Positions 18,597 through 29,358 of a DNA stretch of 64,000 nucleotides are shown here, one piece after another (position 1 is the stretch's first letter; the number at the start of each line of letters is the position of its first letter). This DNA comes from an uncultured delta proteobacterium. GTDB lineage: Bacteria; Desulfobacterota; Desulfomonilia; Desulfomonilales; Desulfomonilaceae. Under the pieces are notes generated by a model, which was not told the origin of the DNA, did no database searches, and saw only the letters and a list, made by a program, of their open reading frames with translations. A program made the translations under genes and the position numbers. The stretch lies in the NCBI GenBank assembly GCA_963789265.1, contig CAWBKB010000005.1, positions 672,001 through 736,000 of the forward strand. The letters run 5' to 3'.

Positions 18597-18866
18597 ATGA
18601 ACACAAAGCAAGTATTTATCGTTCTGGTCGCGACCTTGTTCCTTGCCGTTCCAATCATAGGGGCTCAGGCAGCGACTACTATTAGGTCCTCCAAGAGCAA
18701 TTCGAGCGATGTTTCCTCTTCGAGCACGAGCAGCGCTGGCAATACCTCTCCGAGCGACACTACCACTATCAATAACTCTAAGAGCAACAACTTTCGAGGG
18801 AAAGGGCAAGGGCAAGACCCCACAACAAACAATTCCATCCCTTTGAATTCCTCTAGGAGCAATTAG
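18597..18866 (+). CDS. Small secreted Ser/Asn-rich protein with three S(K/R)SN repeats
   Basis: GGAG RBS, signal peptide ending AQA, repeats TTIRSSKSN, TTINNSKSN, IPLNSSRSN. Confidence 0.7.
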   Translation: MNTKQVFIVLVATLFLAVPIIGAQAATTIRSSKSNSSDVSSSSTSSAGNTSPSDTTTINNSKSNNFRGKGQGQDPTTNNSIPLNSSRSN

Positions 18867-19261
18867 GAGTAACGTCCGAGCGCAGGACCCCAAAACAAAG
18901 CGAACCCCAGGAACTTCTTCAGGAGCCCGCTGAAATTGGATCGTGGACGCGGGAAATCATCGCACCTGAGCCTTGTGGGGTAGGTGTCGGAGGATAGAAC
19001 CTTATATCACACTGAGTTTTCCTCAATACAAGTAAAAAGAATTAGATATTCTTGTGGGTGGAGCCGCACCCCACCGATGGGTTTGTTAAGAGAATAATTC
19101 CCAAATGTTTTGCCGCGGCAGTCGTATAGTCTAGAGTACATCTATTGGTTCCGAACGGCTTAATTGGACTGAGCCTTGCACATCCCCTCAAGAACAGCCG
19201 GTCCGGCCTGCGGCCGAATGACTCGTTTGGCTGAGCCCCGGTATCCAGCGCTTGATTCTAT

Positions 19262-19450
19262 TCAGCGCTCGACAGGCCCCGCGCCGAAGTCTTGAACGGT
19301 AGGCGGAAGAGGGACTCTTCTCTTCGCATAGGTTTCTTGAGGGCTTTCGGTATCAGAGAGCTGTGTGTCCAAGAACTGGCTCAAAGAAGAGCATGACACA
19401 GTCAAGAAGCCGAGGCAAAAAACAAGACCTATTGCCACTATAGTTCGCAT
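19262..19450 (-). CDS. Small putative lipoprotein
   Basis: Hydrophobic leader with lipobox-like LTVSC. Confidence 0.5.
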   Translation of the reverse strand: MRTIVAIGLVFCLGFLTVSCSSLSQFLDTQLSDTESPQETYAKRRVPLPPTVQDFGAGPVER

Positions 19451-19697
19451 CTTCGCTTTGACCCGTCCCGCTCCCGGTCGTTGTTTGTCCAGGGACCCTA
19501 GACCGACCGATGTAAATAGCTGAACGATTTACGGCTATAACTATAATACTCAATAATTTGCTTAATGTAAAGACTGCAATAATATCAATTAACGTTGAAA
19601 CATCATCACGGAACATCTTGGCCTCAGTGGCCGCCGGATCGTTTGCATGAAGGCTACCTGGTATGAGTAGCACTTATCAATAAAAAAAGCTTGAAGT

Positions 19698-19724
19698 GTG
19701 GCACGATGAACGATAACATAACAT
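19698..19724 (+). promoter_or_regulatory. Candidate NikR operator overlapping the promoter of the Ni/Co ECF operon
   Basis: GTGGCAC-N13-ATAACAT resembles the GTGTTA-N15-TAACAC deltaproteobacterial NikR-type palindrome; TTGAAG -35 adjacent. Confidence 0.5.
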
Positions 19725-19763
19725 GATGTGTTGGATCTCGCTTTACCAACCGGGAGGGACAGC

Positions 19764-20549
19764 TTGAAAAAGCTCTTTATGTCGAGTGCTTGCGCAGCTC
19801 TCATCGGGTTGATCGTCGCTGGGCCTGCGCCCGCTCATTTTGCAATGGTAATTCCCTCCACTGATGTGGTGGGACCAAACGGTGCCAAAGATATTTCTCT
19901 TTTACTTCAATTCACTCATCCATTTGAAGGCGGTCCTCAAATGGATCTGGAAAAGCCGGAGGCGTTCGGCGTAGTTGTGGGAAGCAGGGTCACAGACCTG
20001 ACTGAGACCCTCAGAGAGAAGAAAATACAGGGAAAGAGCGCCTGGGAAATTACTTTCAAGATTACCAGACCGGCAGATTACATCTTCTTCCTTCGTCCAA
20101 AACCGTACTGGGAGCAGGCAGAGGACAAGTTTATCATTCAATACACGAAAGTGATTGTGGATGCGTTTGGAGCGGAAGAAGGGTGGGACAGGCCCGTTGG
20201 CAAGCTAGCCGGCATGCAGGCAGAGATTGTTCCTCTGAGCCGGCCTTACAGTCTATACGCGGGGAATATCTTCACGGGGCAGGTGCTGAAAGAGGGAAAG
20301 CCGATGCCTAACGTTGAAGTGGAAGTGGAATGGTGGGGTAAAGGGAAGACCAAGGCCCCGACAGCCTCTCACGTGACTCAGGTGGTAAAGACCGACGCAA
20401 ACGGCGTCTTCTCTTATGCCATGCCCAAGGCAGGATGGTGGGGGTATTCGGCCGTGATGGAAGGCTCCAAAATGATCGAACATGAAAGCCGACCCAAAAA
20501 GGTGGAAATCGACGCGGTTATCTGGGTGCATGCGTATCCAATGGAGTAG
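19764..20549 (+). CDS. DUF4198 periplasmic Ni/Co uptake protein
   Basis: Signal peptide then AHF, FTHPF, PYWE..ED, EIVPLSRPY, KTDANGVF, GWWG. Confidence 0.85.
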   Translation: MKKLFMSSACAALIGLIVAGPAPAHFAMVIPSTDVVGPNGAKDISLLLQFTHPFEGGPQMDLEKPEAFGVVVGSRVTDLTETLREKKIQGKSAWEITFKITRPADYIFFLRPKPYWEQAEDKFIIQYTKVIVDAFGAEEGWDRPVGKLAGMQAEIVPLSRPYSLYAGNIFTGQVLKEGKPMPNVEVEVEWWGKGKTKAPTASHVTQVVKTDANGVFSYAMPKAGWWGYSAVMEGSKMIEHESRPKKVEIDAVIWVHAYPME

Positions 20550-20557
20550 TTCAACAA

Positions 20558-21160
20558 ATGCATATATCCGAAGGTGTCCTCAGCGCACCGGTGCTAGCTG
20601 CCGGGGCAGCCCTCACAGTTGCCGGGACCGCTGTGGGGCTAAAAAAAATGGATTATGAGCGGCTGCCGCAGGTGGCTGTGCTGGCTTCTGCCTTCTTTGT
20701 GGCGTCCCTTATTCACGTTCCTCTTGGGCCGGGCGCAGTTCACCTAGTTTTGAACGGTTTGTGCGGCTTGATACTTGGATGGCTGGCATTTCCAGCCATT
20801 CTGGTGGGTCTAAGTCTTCAGGCCCTTTTGTTTCAGTTCGGGGGCCTGACGACACTGGGGGTCAACACGTTTAATATGGCTTTTCCTGCCGTATGCGTCG
20901 GATATGCTTGCGGTAGAGGCACACGAAGTCCCAGTCGCCTGGTCAGGGGTTTTGCTGAATTCACCGCAGGCGCCGGAGCAGTTCTATTGTCAGGGTTGCT
21001 GGTCGCACTTGCCCTCATGGCCACAGGGGAATCGTTCAATGCAGCGGCAGAGCTCATCGTAGCAGCCCATGTGCCGGTCATGATAATCGAAGGAATATTA
21101 ACCGTGTTCGTTGTAGAGTTCGTGAAACGAGTCAGGCCCGAGATGTTGGAAAATACCTGA
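20558..21160 (+). CDS. cbiM: ECF transporter S component CbiM/NikM
   Basis: N-terminal MHISEG and QALLFQFGGLTTLGVN. Confidence 0.93.
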   Translation: MHISEGVLSAPVLAAGAALTVAGTAVGLKKMDYERLPQVAVLASAFFVASLIHVPLGPGAVHLVLNGLCGLILGWLAFPAILVGLSLQALLFQFGGLTTLGVNTFNMAFPAVCVGYACGRGTRSPSRLVRGFAEFTAGAGAVLLSGLLVALALMATGESFNAAAELIVAAHVPVMIIEGILTVFVVEFVKRVRPEMLENT

Positions 21161-21358
21161 CATAAGCAAATCAGGGAGGGTTTGAGAGGTTCGCCCAAAG
21201 CATTCTTCGTGCAAAAGAACCAGCGGCACAAACTGTTTGACAAGCTTCTGATCTAGTGCTATTTTTTAGGAAATCATGGCATGATCCGCATACTGAAATC
21301 ATAGTGTTGTTATCTAAAGATTCCTCACAGAGTCGAACTCCGAGCAGAAGGAGCCGAA

Positions 21359-22045
21359 TTGACGTCTGAACTAGAGAGTTCCCTCACCAATCAACTGAGA
21401 AAGTGCGGCGCGTTATTGGCTATGCTCGCTATCATGTTGTCTTTCACCCCCTCGGCCTGGGGGCACAAGGTGAATGTATTTGTGTACGTGCAAGGCGACA
21501 AGGTTATTGTTGAGGGCTATTTCAGCGGCAATGTAAAGGCTCAGGATTCCCCGGTAGAAGTCCTCGATTCCAAGGGGGAGAAAATCCTGCAAGGCAAAAC
21601 GAACACCGATGGCATGTATTCCTTTAAGCTGGCAGATCTTCCTCCCATAAAGGGCGATATGAAAATCGTCCTGGACGCCGGCCTGGGGCATAGGGCGGTC
21701 TATCAACTTAGTGCAGACGAAGTGCACTCTCCGACTAGGAAAACGAGAGCTTTGAGCACTGGAGTGGGAGTGACAGAAGCGAAGGTCGCGCGTGAAGCCG
21801 GTACACGTAGTATCCGACCCGTCCGGGTCGAAGATGCTTCTGTGCTGAAAAGAGCTGTGGCGGAAGAGCTGGATAAAAAGATTCAACCAATTTTGAGGAT
21901 GCTTGGGGAACAACAGAAGCTCCTGATGGAGCAGAAGTTGAAGGGCCCCGGTATTACGGAAATCATCGGAGGAATTGGTTGGATTTTCGGCATTGTTGGG
22001 GTTTGGGCTTACCTGATAAGTCGGAAGCGAACTGAAAAGCAATGA
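21359..22045 (+). CDS. CbiL/NikL-like accessory component
   Basis: AWGHKVNVF...YFS, GHRA, C-terminal IIGGIGWIFG TM helix; own TTGACA promoter-like sequence at 21237. Confidence 0.8.
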   Translation: MTSELESSLTNQLRKCGALLAMLAIMLSFTPSAWGHKVNVFVYVQGDKVIVEGYFSGNVKAQDSPVEVLDSKGEKILQGKTNTDGMYSFKLADLPPIKGDMKIVLDAGLGHRAVYQLSADEVHSPTRKTRALSTGVGVTEAKVAREAGTRSIRPVRVEDASVLKRAVAEELDKKIQPILRMLGEQQKLLMEQKLKGPGITEIIGGIGWIFGIVGVWAYLISRKRTEKQ

Positions 22046-22057
22046 CCTTACCGGAGT

Positions 22058-22810
22058 GTGTTGGCAATGGACATTGAAGAATTTGCTCTGGGTGAATCAT
22101 TCGTTCACAGGGTCGATCCTCGTGTTAAAATTGTTTGTACGTTTGTCTTTTCCACGGTTGTGGCGTTAAGCCAATGGATTCCTGGAGTGGCGGCGGCAAT
22201 TGTTTTCCCGATGGTTCTAATCCTTGGGGCCGGGATCAATCTAAGGCGTGTGCTCTCAAGGCTGGCCGTTGTCAATACGTTTATTCTGTTCCTTTGGTTG
22301 TTTCTGCCTTTCACATTTCCCGGCGAAGTAATCCATCGCCTGGGTCCTCTGGAAATTCACAAAGAAGGTCTGCTGTACGCCTTGCTTATCACCCTTAAAT
22401 CCAACGCCATTTTGTTAATGATAATAGCTCTCCTGGGAACTTCACCCATCTTCAATCTTGTGCACGCGCTGAGCCACATGGGAATTCCGGACAAGCTGGT
22501 GCATATATTTTTCTTCTGCTTTCGTTATATCCATGTGATCCATGAGGAATACCATAGACTTGCCAATGCCATGAAGATAAGAAGCTTCCGACCCCGGACC
22601 GACATCCACACCTATCGAGCGTATGCATATCTGGTGGGGATGATCCTGGTCAAGAGCTTCGACAGATCCAAGAGAATATTAGCCGCGATGAAGTGCCGCG
22701 GTTTTAGGGGACGTTTCTACATACTGCACCATTATGAGATGAAAAAATGCGACTATCTCCTGGCACTGTCGAGCCTCATATTTACCGCTGCTCTCCTGGT
22801 GGTCAAATGA
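22058..22810 (+). CDS. cbiQ: ECF transporter T component CbiQ
   Basis: HRVDPRVK, FRYIHV, AMKCRGF. Confidence 0.93.
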   Translation: MLAMDIEEFALGESFVHRVDPRVKIVCTFVFSTVVALSQWIPGVAAAIVFPMVLILGAGINLRRVLSRLAVVNTFILFLWLFLPFTFPGEVIHRLGPLEIHKEGLLYALLITLKSNAILLMIIALLGTSPIFNLVHALSHMGIPDKLVHIFFFCFRYIHVIHEEYHRLANAMKIRSFRPRTDIHTYRAYAYLVGMILVKSFDRSKRILAAMKCRGFRGRFYILHHYEMKKCDYLLALSSLIFTAALLVVK

Positions 22811-23448
22811 TTCGTTTGAGAAATATCCGTTTCAAGTACAACTCCGGATATATTCTAGACGGTTTGGATTTAAACGTAACTCCCGGTGATCGCATAGGCC
22901 TTGTGGGCCCTAACGGATCGGGGAAAACTACGCTGTGTCAGATCATCATGGGCCTGTTGACTCCGGAGTCCGGCGAAGTTGAGATTTTCGGTAAGGTCAG
23001 AGTTGGAGAGCCTGATTTTCAGCAGATACGTGGAAAGATAGGCTTTCTCTTTCAGGATGCGGACGATCAACTGTTCTGCCCGACCGTCCTTGAGGACGTG
23101 GCTTTCGGACCGCTAAACCTGGGAAAGAGTCCTGCTGAAGCCAAGCGCATTGTAGCAAAGACGTTAGACTCGCTGAGTTTGAAAGGGTTCGAGGACCGCA
23201 TTACCTATCAGCTTTCAGGCGGTGAAAAGCGGTTGGTCTCTTTGGCCACGGTGCTGGCGATGGAGCCGGACATGCTGATACTTGACGAGCCCACTGGCGG
23301 CCTCGACGATGAGACCATAGAAAGGCTCATACACATACTTAACGAGTCGAATCTTACGTTTATTCTTGTGTCCCATGACCGAGAATTTCTCGAAAGGACT
23401 ACCAACAAGTTATTGAGAATCAAGAACGGGATGATTGCCGAGGCATAA
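22807..23448 (+). CDS. cbiO: ECF transporter ATPase CbiO
   Basis: GPNGSGKT, LSGGEKR, LDEPT; ATGA overlap with cbiQ. Confidence 0.93.
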   Translation: MIRLRNIRFKYNSGYILDGLDLNVTPGDRIGLVGPNGSGKTTLCQIIMGLLTPESGEVEIFGKVRVGEPDFQQIRGKIGFLFQDADDQLFCPTVLEDVAFGPLNLGKSPAEAKRIVAKTLDSLSLKGFEDRITYQLSGGEKRLVSLATVLAMEPDMLILDEPTGGLDDETIERLIHILNESNLTFILVSHDREFLERTTNKLLRIKNGMIAEA

Positions 23449-24147
23449 TCAAGCCGCCGGATTCATATCCACGTATTCCTCTCTCTTATCCTCGCGATGG
23501 TCCACCATGTACAGCATTTTAGCCTTCCCTTTAAGCTGCTCAGTAAGCTGAGACATCTTCTCGCGATCAATATCGAAAGCCCTTATGTACACGTTCCTGA
23601 AGCCGTCAGGGGCTCGCTCATAAGAGCTGAGAATGCTCACCAATCGGCCGCCGTAATCGCGAATGACGTCAGTTACGTCCTTGATGGATCCCGGGCGATC
23701 TTCGAGTTCAAACGCGAATTGCACGCCTCGCTTTTCTAGGCCGGTCAAGGAAATCAATGCCCGGAACAGGTCCAGTTGCGTGATGGACCCTATGATGCGC
23801 CCCTGCGTGTCTACCACGGGAGCCCCCGATATCTTGTTCCGGAGCAGCACGGCTGCTGCCTCCTCCAGAGTGTAATCCGGCGGGACCGTGATGGGGTTCT
23901 TAGACATTATGTCTCCTATTCTAATGCGAGAAAGGAGATATATCAGTTCGTGGACATCCAGTGACGTTGCGTCGGAAGCCGAAGCCCTCTTGAGGTCGCG
24001 ATCAGTTATGATGCCCACGAGTCGCCCATCTTTAAGCACCGGAAGCATTGGCATCTGATGTTCTGTGATAAGGTTTGTAGCGTGCTGCATTGAATCGTCG
24101 ATGTCAACTGTGACTACGTCTTTTCTCATCCAGTATTTTACGAGCAT
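23449..24147 (-). CDS. CBS-pair plus ACT domain protein (AcuB-like)
   Basis: LVGIITDRDL and ISGAPVVD CBS motifs; EDRPGSI ACT start. Confidence 0.9.
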   Translation of the reverse strand: MLVKYWMRKDVVTVDIDDSMQHATNLITEHQMPMLPVLKDGRLVGIITDRDLKRASASDATSLDVHELIYLLSRIRIGDIMSKNPITVPPDYTLEEAAAVLLRNKISGAPVVDTQGRIIGSITQLDLFRALISLTGLEKRGVQFAFELEDRPGSIKDVTDVIRDYGGRLVSILSSYERAPDGFRNVYIRAFDIDREKMSQLTEQLKGKAKMLYMVDHREDKREEYVDMNPAA

Positions 24148-24326
24148 GGTTCTTACTCCCGTTGATCGTATTGCTTGAAACGTTATTCTGGTAGTAGGTC
24201 CATGAAAGGTCGCCTTTAAACCCTTTTGTTATTGGCCCGTCTCAAATCGCTCAGCACCACGCTCCTATTTCTCGTGGTTTGGTTGAACGGTTAGAGGAAC
24301 TAAAGGCGTCACCGAATCACTTGTTA

Positions 24327-24342
24327 AGCAACGCGTGTGCCA
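24327..24342 (-). promoter_or_regulatory. Sigma54 (-24/-12) promoter for the CBS-ACT gene
   Basis: Minus strand TGGCACACGCGTTGCT fits TGGCAC-N5-TTGC. Confidence 0.8.
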
Positions 24343-24440
24343 ACTCTTTCGATCCGCAAGAACGCCATAGCGATCTGGAAAACATAAGGGGTATATGAAA
24401 CGAGTCTGGTTCGCTCGTTCTCCCGTCCAACGTTCGCGAA

Positions 24441-24457
24441 TGTCAGTGTTTTTTACA
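24441..24457. promoter_or_regulatory. Candidate upstream activator site for an NtrC-family protein
   Basis: TGTCAGTGTTTTTTACA (TGT-N11-ACA), about 100 bp upstream of the sigma54 promoter. Confidence 0.5.
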
Positions 24458-24659
24458 TGTTGTAAAACTTGTCAGGGGAGGAAGCAAACCTTACATTTCA
24501 GTTCGACTCTTCATTTCCAGCGGGTACCGGCTGTTTCGGGATGATATCTCCTGCTGTTGAACGAGGGGGGAAAGGCGTGTCGGCATTGACTATTACTCTG
24601 ATCAGAGATAGGTTTGTTTCACGACTTCATCAACAAAACAGGAACGATGGAGGCCATAT

Positions 24660-26148
24660 ATGACGTGGAAGAGGCTGAGCCTACGTACGCGCATTCTTCT
24701 TATGCTGTCAGCACTGGTCTCAATAACTGTGGCCGGCGGTCTGATTACCATAGGATATACATATATTATGAATCATTTTTTCACTGAGGTGACGGAGTCT
24801 GATGTCCTGGCCCTTCACGCTTCCCGCGAGCTCGAGACCGCTCTAGTCATGCAAAAGGGATATGTTACCTATTTCTCGCAGGACAGGGATCCTCAGTGGC
24901 TCGAGCAACTCGATAAATATCATGCGACCTTTGATGAATGGCTGAAGAAGGGGAGACGATGGGCCAAAACGGACAACGAAAGGCTAATTTTGAACCAACT
25001 TGAGTCAGGGTACATTCGTTACGCTAACTCGCGGAACGAAGTAATAAAACTTTACAAAGAGAATAAGACGAATGAGGGGCTTGACCTTCAGAAGCGCGTG
25101 CGCGGCCAGTTCCTTCAAATTATGGAGCTTTGTCGACAGGTACAGGAAGGCTTCCGAACAAAGGATATCCAGTGCACGTGAAAGAATCAAAGATCAAGCT
25201 GCTTTAATCAGCGTGTTGGCGGGGTTTGCTTTGGTCAGTGTAGTTATCCTCGGTGTATTTTTGGCCTATAGTTTAATCAACGATGTGCTAAAACCCATAC
25301 GACAATTGGCTTTGGCAACAGAAGGGCACAAGGGCGATGCCACCGTGGACGACGAAGTTAAAGCCCTCAGCCGCCGATTTCAGAGTCTTATCAATGACGT
25401 GGACCAGACTAAATCAAAGCTCAAATGGAGCACGGAACATCTCCAGCAAGCGGAGAAGTGGGCGCTGATCGGGAAGCTGGCCGCCGGCGTGGCTCACAGC
25501 ATTCGCAACCCGTTGACTTCAGTCAAGATGCGCCTATTTTCCATGGAACGAACATTGGCCTTGGCCCCCAGCCAAAAGGAAGATTTCGAGGTAATCTCTG
25601 AAGAGATCCGGCATATCGACACGATAGTCGGAAATTTCTTGGAATTCTCCAGACCCCCGAAGCTGAAAATGCAAAAAATAAGTCCTTCGGATTCAGTTGA
25701 CGTGGCACTCCAACTTCTCCGTCATCGGCTGGAAAGTTACGATGTGAAAGTCCAAGTCAAACGCGAGAAACGTCTCAGGGAGATCCTGGCCGATCCGGAT
25801 CAGCTAAAGGAGGTTCTCGCGAATCTTATCGTAAATGCTTGCGAGGCAATGGTGGATGGTGGTTCCATTTCAATCGTGGAAGAGGAAAATTCCTCGGACG
25901 ACCTATGCCCGGTGGTTGTGATGAAGGTAAGTGACACTGGGCCAGGTGTCCCGGCCTCCATTCAAGAAAAGCTCTTTCAGCCTTTTTTCAGCACGAAAGA
26001 GGAAGGTACGGGGCTTGGACTGAGCATAGCAACGCGCATAGTAGAAGAACATGGCGGTTCGCTGGATCTCGAATCCCAGGAAGGGCATGGAGCCACTTTT
26101 ATTATATCTTTGCCGGCAAGAGAGGGACAGACGTGGGAACAATCGTGA
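24660..26148 (+). CDS. Membrane sensor histidine kinase, one frameshift near 25135
   Basis: TM-periplasmic four-helix-TM, AHSIRNPL H-box, N, G1 (DTGPG), F and G2 (GTGLGL) boxes. Confidence 0.88.
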
Positions 26149-27563
26149 TAGTCGATGATGACGCTCAGTTAAGACATAGCTTCGAAAAACTTTTGGCGGC
26201 TGAAGGCCACACCGTTCGAACTTCCCCTACCGGGGAAGGGGGATTAGAGATAGTCCGCGGGGGAGTGCCCGATCTGGTAATCATGGATGTGCGTCTGCCG
26301 GGAATGAATGGTCTGCAGACGTTTCAGGTCATGCACGAGATCGAGCCCAAGCTACCGGTCATAGTGATGACTGCTTATGGCACGACTGACACAGCCATCG
26401 AGGCAACCAAACTGGGGGCGTTCGATTATGTTCTCAAGCCGTTCGAAATCCCCGAGATGCTCTCTACAATCGAGAAGGCCCTGGAAGCAGGCCGATTTAT
26501 GCGCTCCCGAGTTGAGATGGCCGTCGCGCCGGAAGAAAGCTCAACCGATGGAATATTCGGTCAGAGCAGGGCCATGCAGGAGATTTACAAGGCAATCGGC
26601 CGTGTCGCCTCCACTGAGGCCACGGTGCTCATTCGCGGAGAGTCGGGCACCGGCAAAGAGCTTGTGGCCCGAGCACTTTATCAACACAGCATACGCTCCA
26701 ACAAACCCTTTCTAGTTATAAATTGCGTTGCGATACCGGAAACCCTTCTGGAAAGCGAACTGTTCGGATACGAAAAAGGAGCCTTTACCGGTGCCGTGAA
26801 TCGCCGCGTAGGAAAGATAGAGCAGGCCAATGGCGGAACCGTGTTTCTGGATGAGATCGGGGACATGCCGTTTAGTATTCAGGCCAAAATCCTCCGGCTG
26901 CTTCAGGAAAAGAGCATAGAGCGCCTTGGCGGCCGTTCCCCCATTCCCGTGGATGTTCGAGTCCTCGCGGCCACCAACCGGAACCTGGAAGCTGCTCTGG
27001 CAGAAGGGAGATTTCGCGAGGATTTGTATTATCGTCTTAAGGTGGTAACCCTCCAATTGCCGCCCTTGCGTGAACGATCGGGGGACGTGCCGATGCTCGC
27101 AGTATACTTCCTCAAAAGATTTGCCGGAGAGATGAATGTGGCCAGCCCGGGAATTACCGAAGAAGCAAAAGCTATCCTGGCTTCATATTCATGGCCCGGA
27201 AATGTCCGGGAACTAGCCAACACCATGCAGAAGGCCCTGATCTTCAGTCGAGGTGCGCCGCTCACCGGTGAGGAGATCACTCAGGCCATCCGCGGAGAAA
27301 GCGTGGCCAGAGAGGTGGACCGGGAATCCGGGGACCAGGCCATACGCCAGTGGGTTCGCCGGGCTTTATCCGGTGGCGAAGCTGAAAGGACATTCAGTGA
27401 AGTCACGGATCGCTTTGCCGGCTACATTATAAAGGAAGCACTAAATCTGACCGGCGGGAATCGTTCACAGGCAGCGAAACTTCTCGGTCTCTCGCGTCCC
27501 ACACTCTTGGCGAAAATTGAGAAATACGGAATCAAGATCGAAACCGCGGTCAGGAGTGAATGA
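26133..27563 (+). CDS. Sigma54-dependent response regulator (NtrC family)
   Basis: Receiver domain, [22 protein letters not shown], Fis-type HTH. Confidence 0.95.
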   Translation: MGTIVIVDDDAQLRHSFEKLLAAEGHTVRTSPTGEGGLEIVRGGVPDLVIMDVRLPGMNGLQTFQVMHEIEPKLPVIVMTAYGTTDTAIEATKLGAFDYVLKPFEIPEMLSTIEKALEAGRFMRSRVEMAVAPEESSTDGIFGQSRAMQEIYKAIGRVASTEATVLIRGESGTGKELVARALYQHSIRSNKPFLVINCVAIPETLLESELFGYEKGAFTGAVNRRVGKIEQANGGTVFLDEIGDMPFSIQAKILRLLQEKSIERLGGRSPIPVDVRVLAATNRNLEAALAEGRFREDLYYRLKVVTLQLPPLRERSGDVPMLAVYFLKRFAGEMNVASPGITEEAKAILASYSWPGNVRELANTMQKALIFSRGAPLTGEEITQAIRGESVAREVDRESGDQAIRQWVRRALSGGEAERTFSEVTDRFAGYIIKEALNLTGGNRSQAAKLLGLSRPTLLAKIEKYGIKIETAVRSE

Positions 27564-27635
27564 AGTGTCGTGAATGAAAGCCGCGAGGTGCCGTGCATGC
27601 CGATGCTAAATTTAGCTCTCAGGCCTGCATCTTCA

Positions 27636-28006
27636 GTAGGACGGGCATCCTGCCCGTCGTTTGTCACCCCGGACTTCGATCCGGGGGTAGCGCCGGCGTC
27701 CCGAAACTGTCTCAAAAACAATGAAGCGGTCGGAATCGTAGCACGAATCCCTCACCCTGTGTCCCTCTCCCAGAGGGCGAGGGAAGTGCAAAACTGCCCT
27801 GGATCTACTCCCTCTCCCTCTGGGAGAGGGTTGGGGTGAGGGCGACGACTATACGAATGAGCCTGAATCGTGGCACGATTCTGGTCATCAAAATAGTTTT
27901 GAGACAGTTTCTCCCTGCCGGCGATTCGCCAACAACCGGCACGGAGGCCGGTCCTACTGGATGACCGCGTACGCGGGCATGACGATAGGCAAGATGCCTG
28001 TCCTAC
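27636..28006. repeat. Nested REP/MITE palindrome cluster
   Basis: Outer GTAGGACGGGCATCCTGCCCGTC / GACGATAGGCAAGATGCCTGTCCTAC, middle AAACTGTCTCAAAA / TTTTGAGACAGTTT, inner CCTCACCC...GGGTGAGGG. Confidence 0.8.
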
Positions 28007-28023
28007 TAAAGAAAAGCCATGAT

Positions 28024-29328
28024 TCACGGCTTCACCACTCGCCCCAGGAACAGTATGCACCTCGATGGCTTATGCCAAATCAGGTAAACAAACGGATGAT
28101 CCGCACGAAATACCGGGATCGGCTTTGACCTTCGCATCGCCATCCCTGTGGGCCTCATACTCAAGCTTGTTGCTGCGGTCGCCTCAGTCCCCTTTTCCTT
28201 AACATCAACGAAAGCCTTGTGGACGGCTTTCTCAATGAATAAATCCCTGCCACCAGTCATTCCGGAGAAATCCGCGTCTGACTGGGAAAAGGCGTCGGTT
28301 ATCCCTAGCCTCACAAGCATGGCTGGCAACTGATAAGTTGAAGTCATCCTAAATTTGGGGAAGTGAACCTCGACCACTCGTGTTCGGAGGTTTCCGGTCC
28401 ACTGAAGAAGCTTGTCCAAGGTTAGAGATTGTTCGAAATCATCAAAACTCCTTTGCTTCGATGGAAGCAGAATCACCATAGCCAGTTCCTGGCCTTTATA
28501 CGGCATCTCAAGTATCTGCAATTCCGCTTCTTGCGCATAACCGAACGGTTTTGTCTGCCTCATCATCGGAACTCTGATTTCCGTGCCATCGAGCAAAGTG
28601 AATTTGTCTTGCTTTGTCCATTTCTTTTTGAATTGAAAATCCCATAATCCCTTGAAATAAATTGCATTTGTGATCACAAGCCTGGTATCGGAACTGATAC
28701 TGCCTGGACCCATGAGGTCTTTGATCTTGTTTCTGGTCTGTTTTTCCACCCAGGAGTTGATGGCCTTTCGCGCTGATTCGGGAGCATGTCGGAAATCCAT
28801 CTGTCGGAGACATCCAGGATCGCCGGGCCAGATCAACGCCACTGCTTCTGTCACGAATGGAATCCGCGGAAACCATCCGTGACTTGGAAGGAAATTGATC
28901 CGTACAGTTTCCAAGAATTCCTTTTTGAATTTGAATGACTTCTCCGCCCACAGAGCATTGGCGATGTTCAGCTCAATACCTTTCTTGCCACCTGCGGCCA
29001 GCACCTGCTCATTGAGAGCACGAAAGGACCCGCTGATTTTGGCTTTTTCCAGGCTGAAATGAAAAGCCTTGGCCATCTGGGATTCTGTCTTGCCGCGGGC
29101 TCCAGCGTAGGCAATTGCGAGAGATGCTGAAATGCTATAAGGAGAGAAAAAGATGTTGCCTTCAGATTTTGGGAGCTGTCCATACAAATCAATGGCAAAG
29201 GCATTCACCGCCTCAGCCGCGGCATCCCCTTCGGACTCGGCCGCGGAGCATGGAGCCGGCCCCGGAGAGAAAAGGGTAAGAGATAATAGAGCAACAAAAG
29301 CTGCAAAAATTATTGGCGATCTCTTCAT
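28024..29328 (-). CDS. Secreted serpin
   Basis: FFSPYSI, NAIYFKGLW, EKGTEATAAT hinge and FRADHPF; signal peptide. Confidence 0.95.
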   Translation of the reverse strand: MKRSPIIFAAFVALLSLTLFSPGPAPCSAAESEGDAAAEAVNAFAIDLYGQLPKSEGNIFFSPYSISASLAIAYAGARGKTESQMAKAFHFSLEKAKISGSFRALNEQVLAAGGKKGIELNIANALWAEKSFKFKKEFLETVRINFLPSHGWFPRIPFVTEAVALIWPGDPGCLRQMDFRHAPESARKAINSWVEKQTRNKIKDLMGPGSISSDTRLVITNAIYFKGLWDFQFKKKWTKQDKFTLLDGTEIRVPMMRQTKPFGYAQEAELQILEMPYKGQELAMVILLPSKQRSFDDFEQSLTLDKLLQWTGNLRTRVVEVHFPKFRMTSTYQLPAMLVRLGITDAFSQSDADFSGMTGGRDLFIEKAVHKAFVDVKEKGTEATAATSLSMRPTGMAMRRSKPIPVFRADHPFVYLIWHKPSRCILFLGRVVKP

Positions 29329-29358
29329 GGAATTCCCCCGGAGAAGAAAACTACACGC

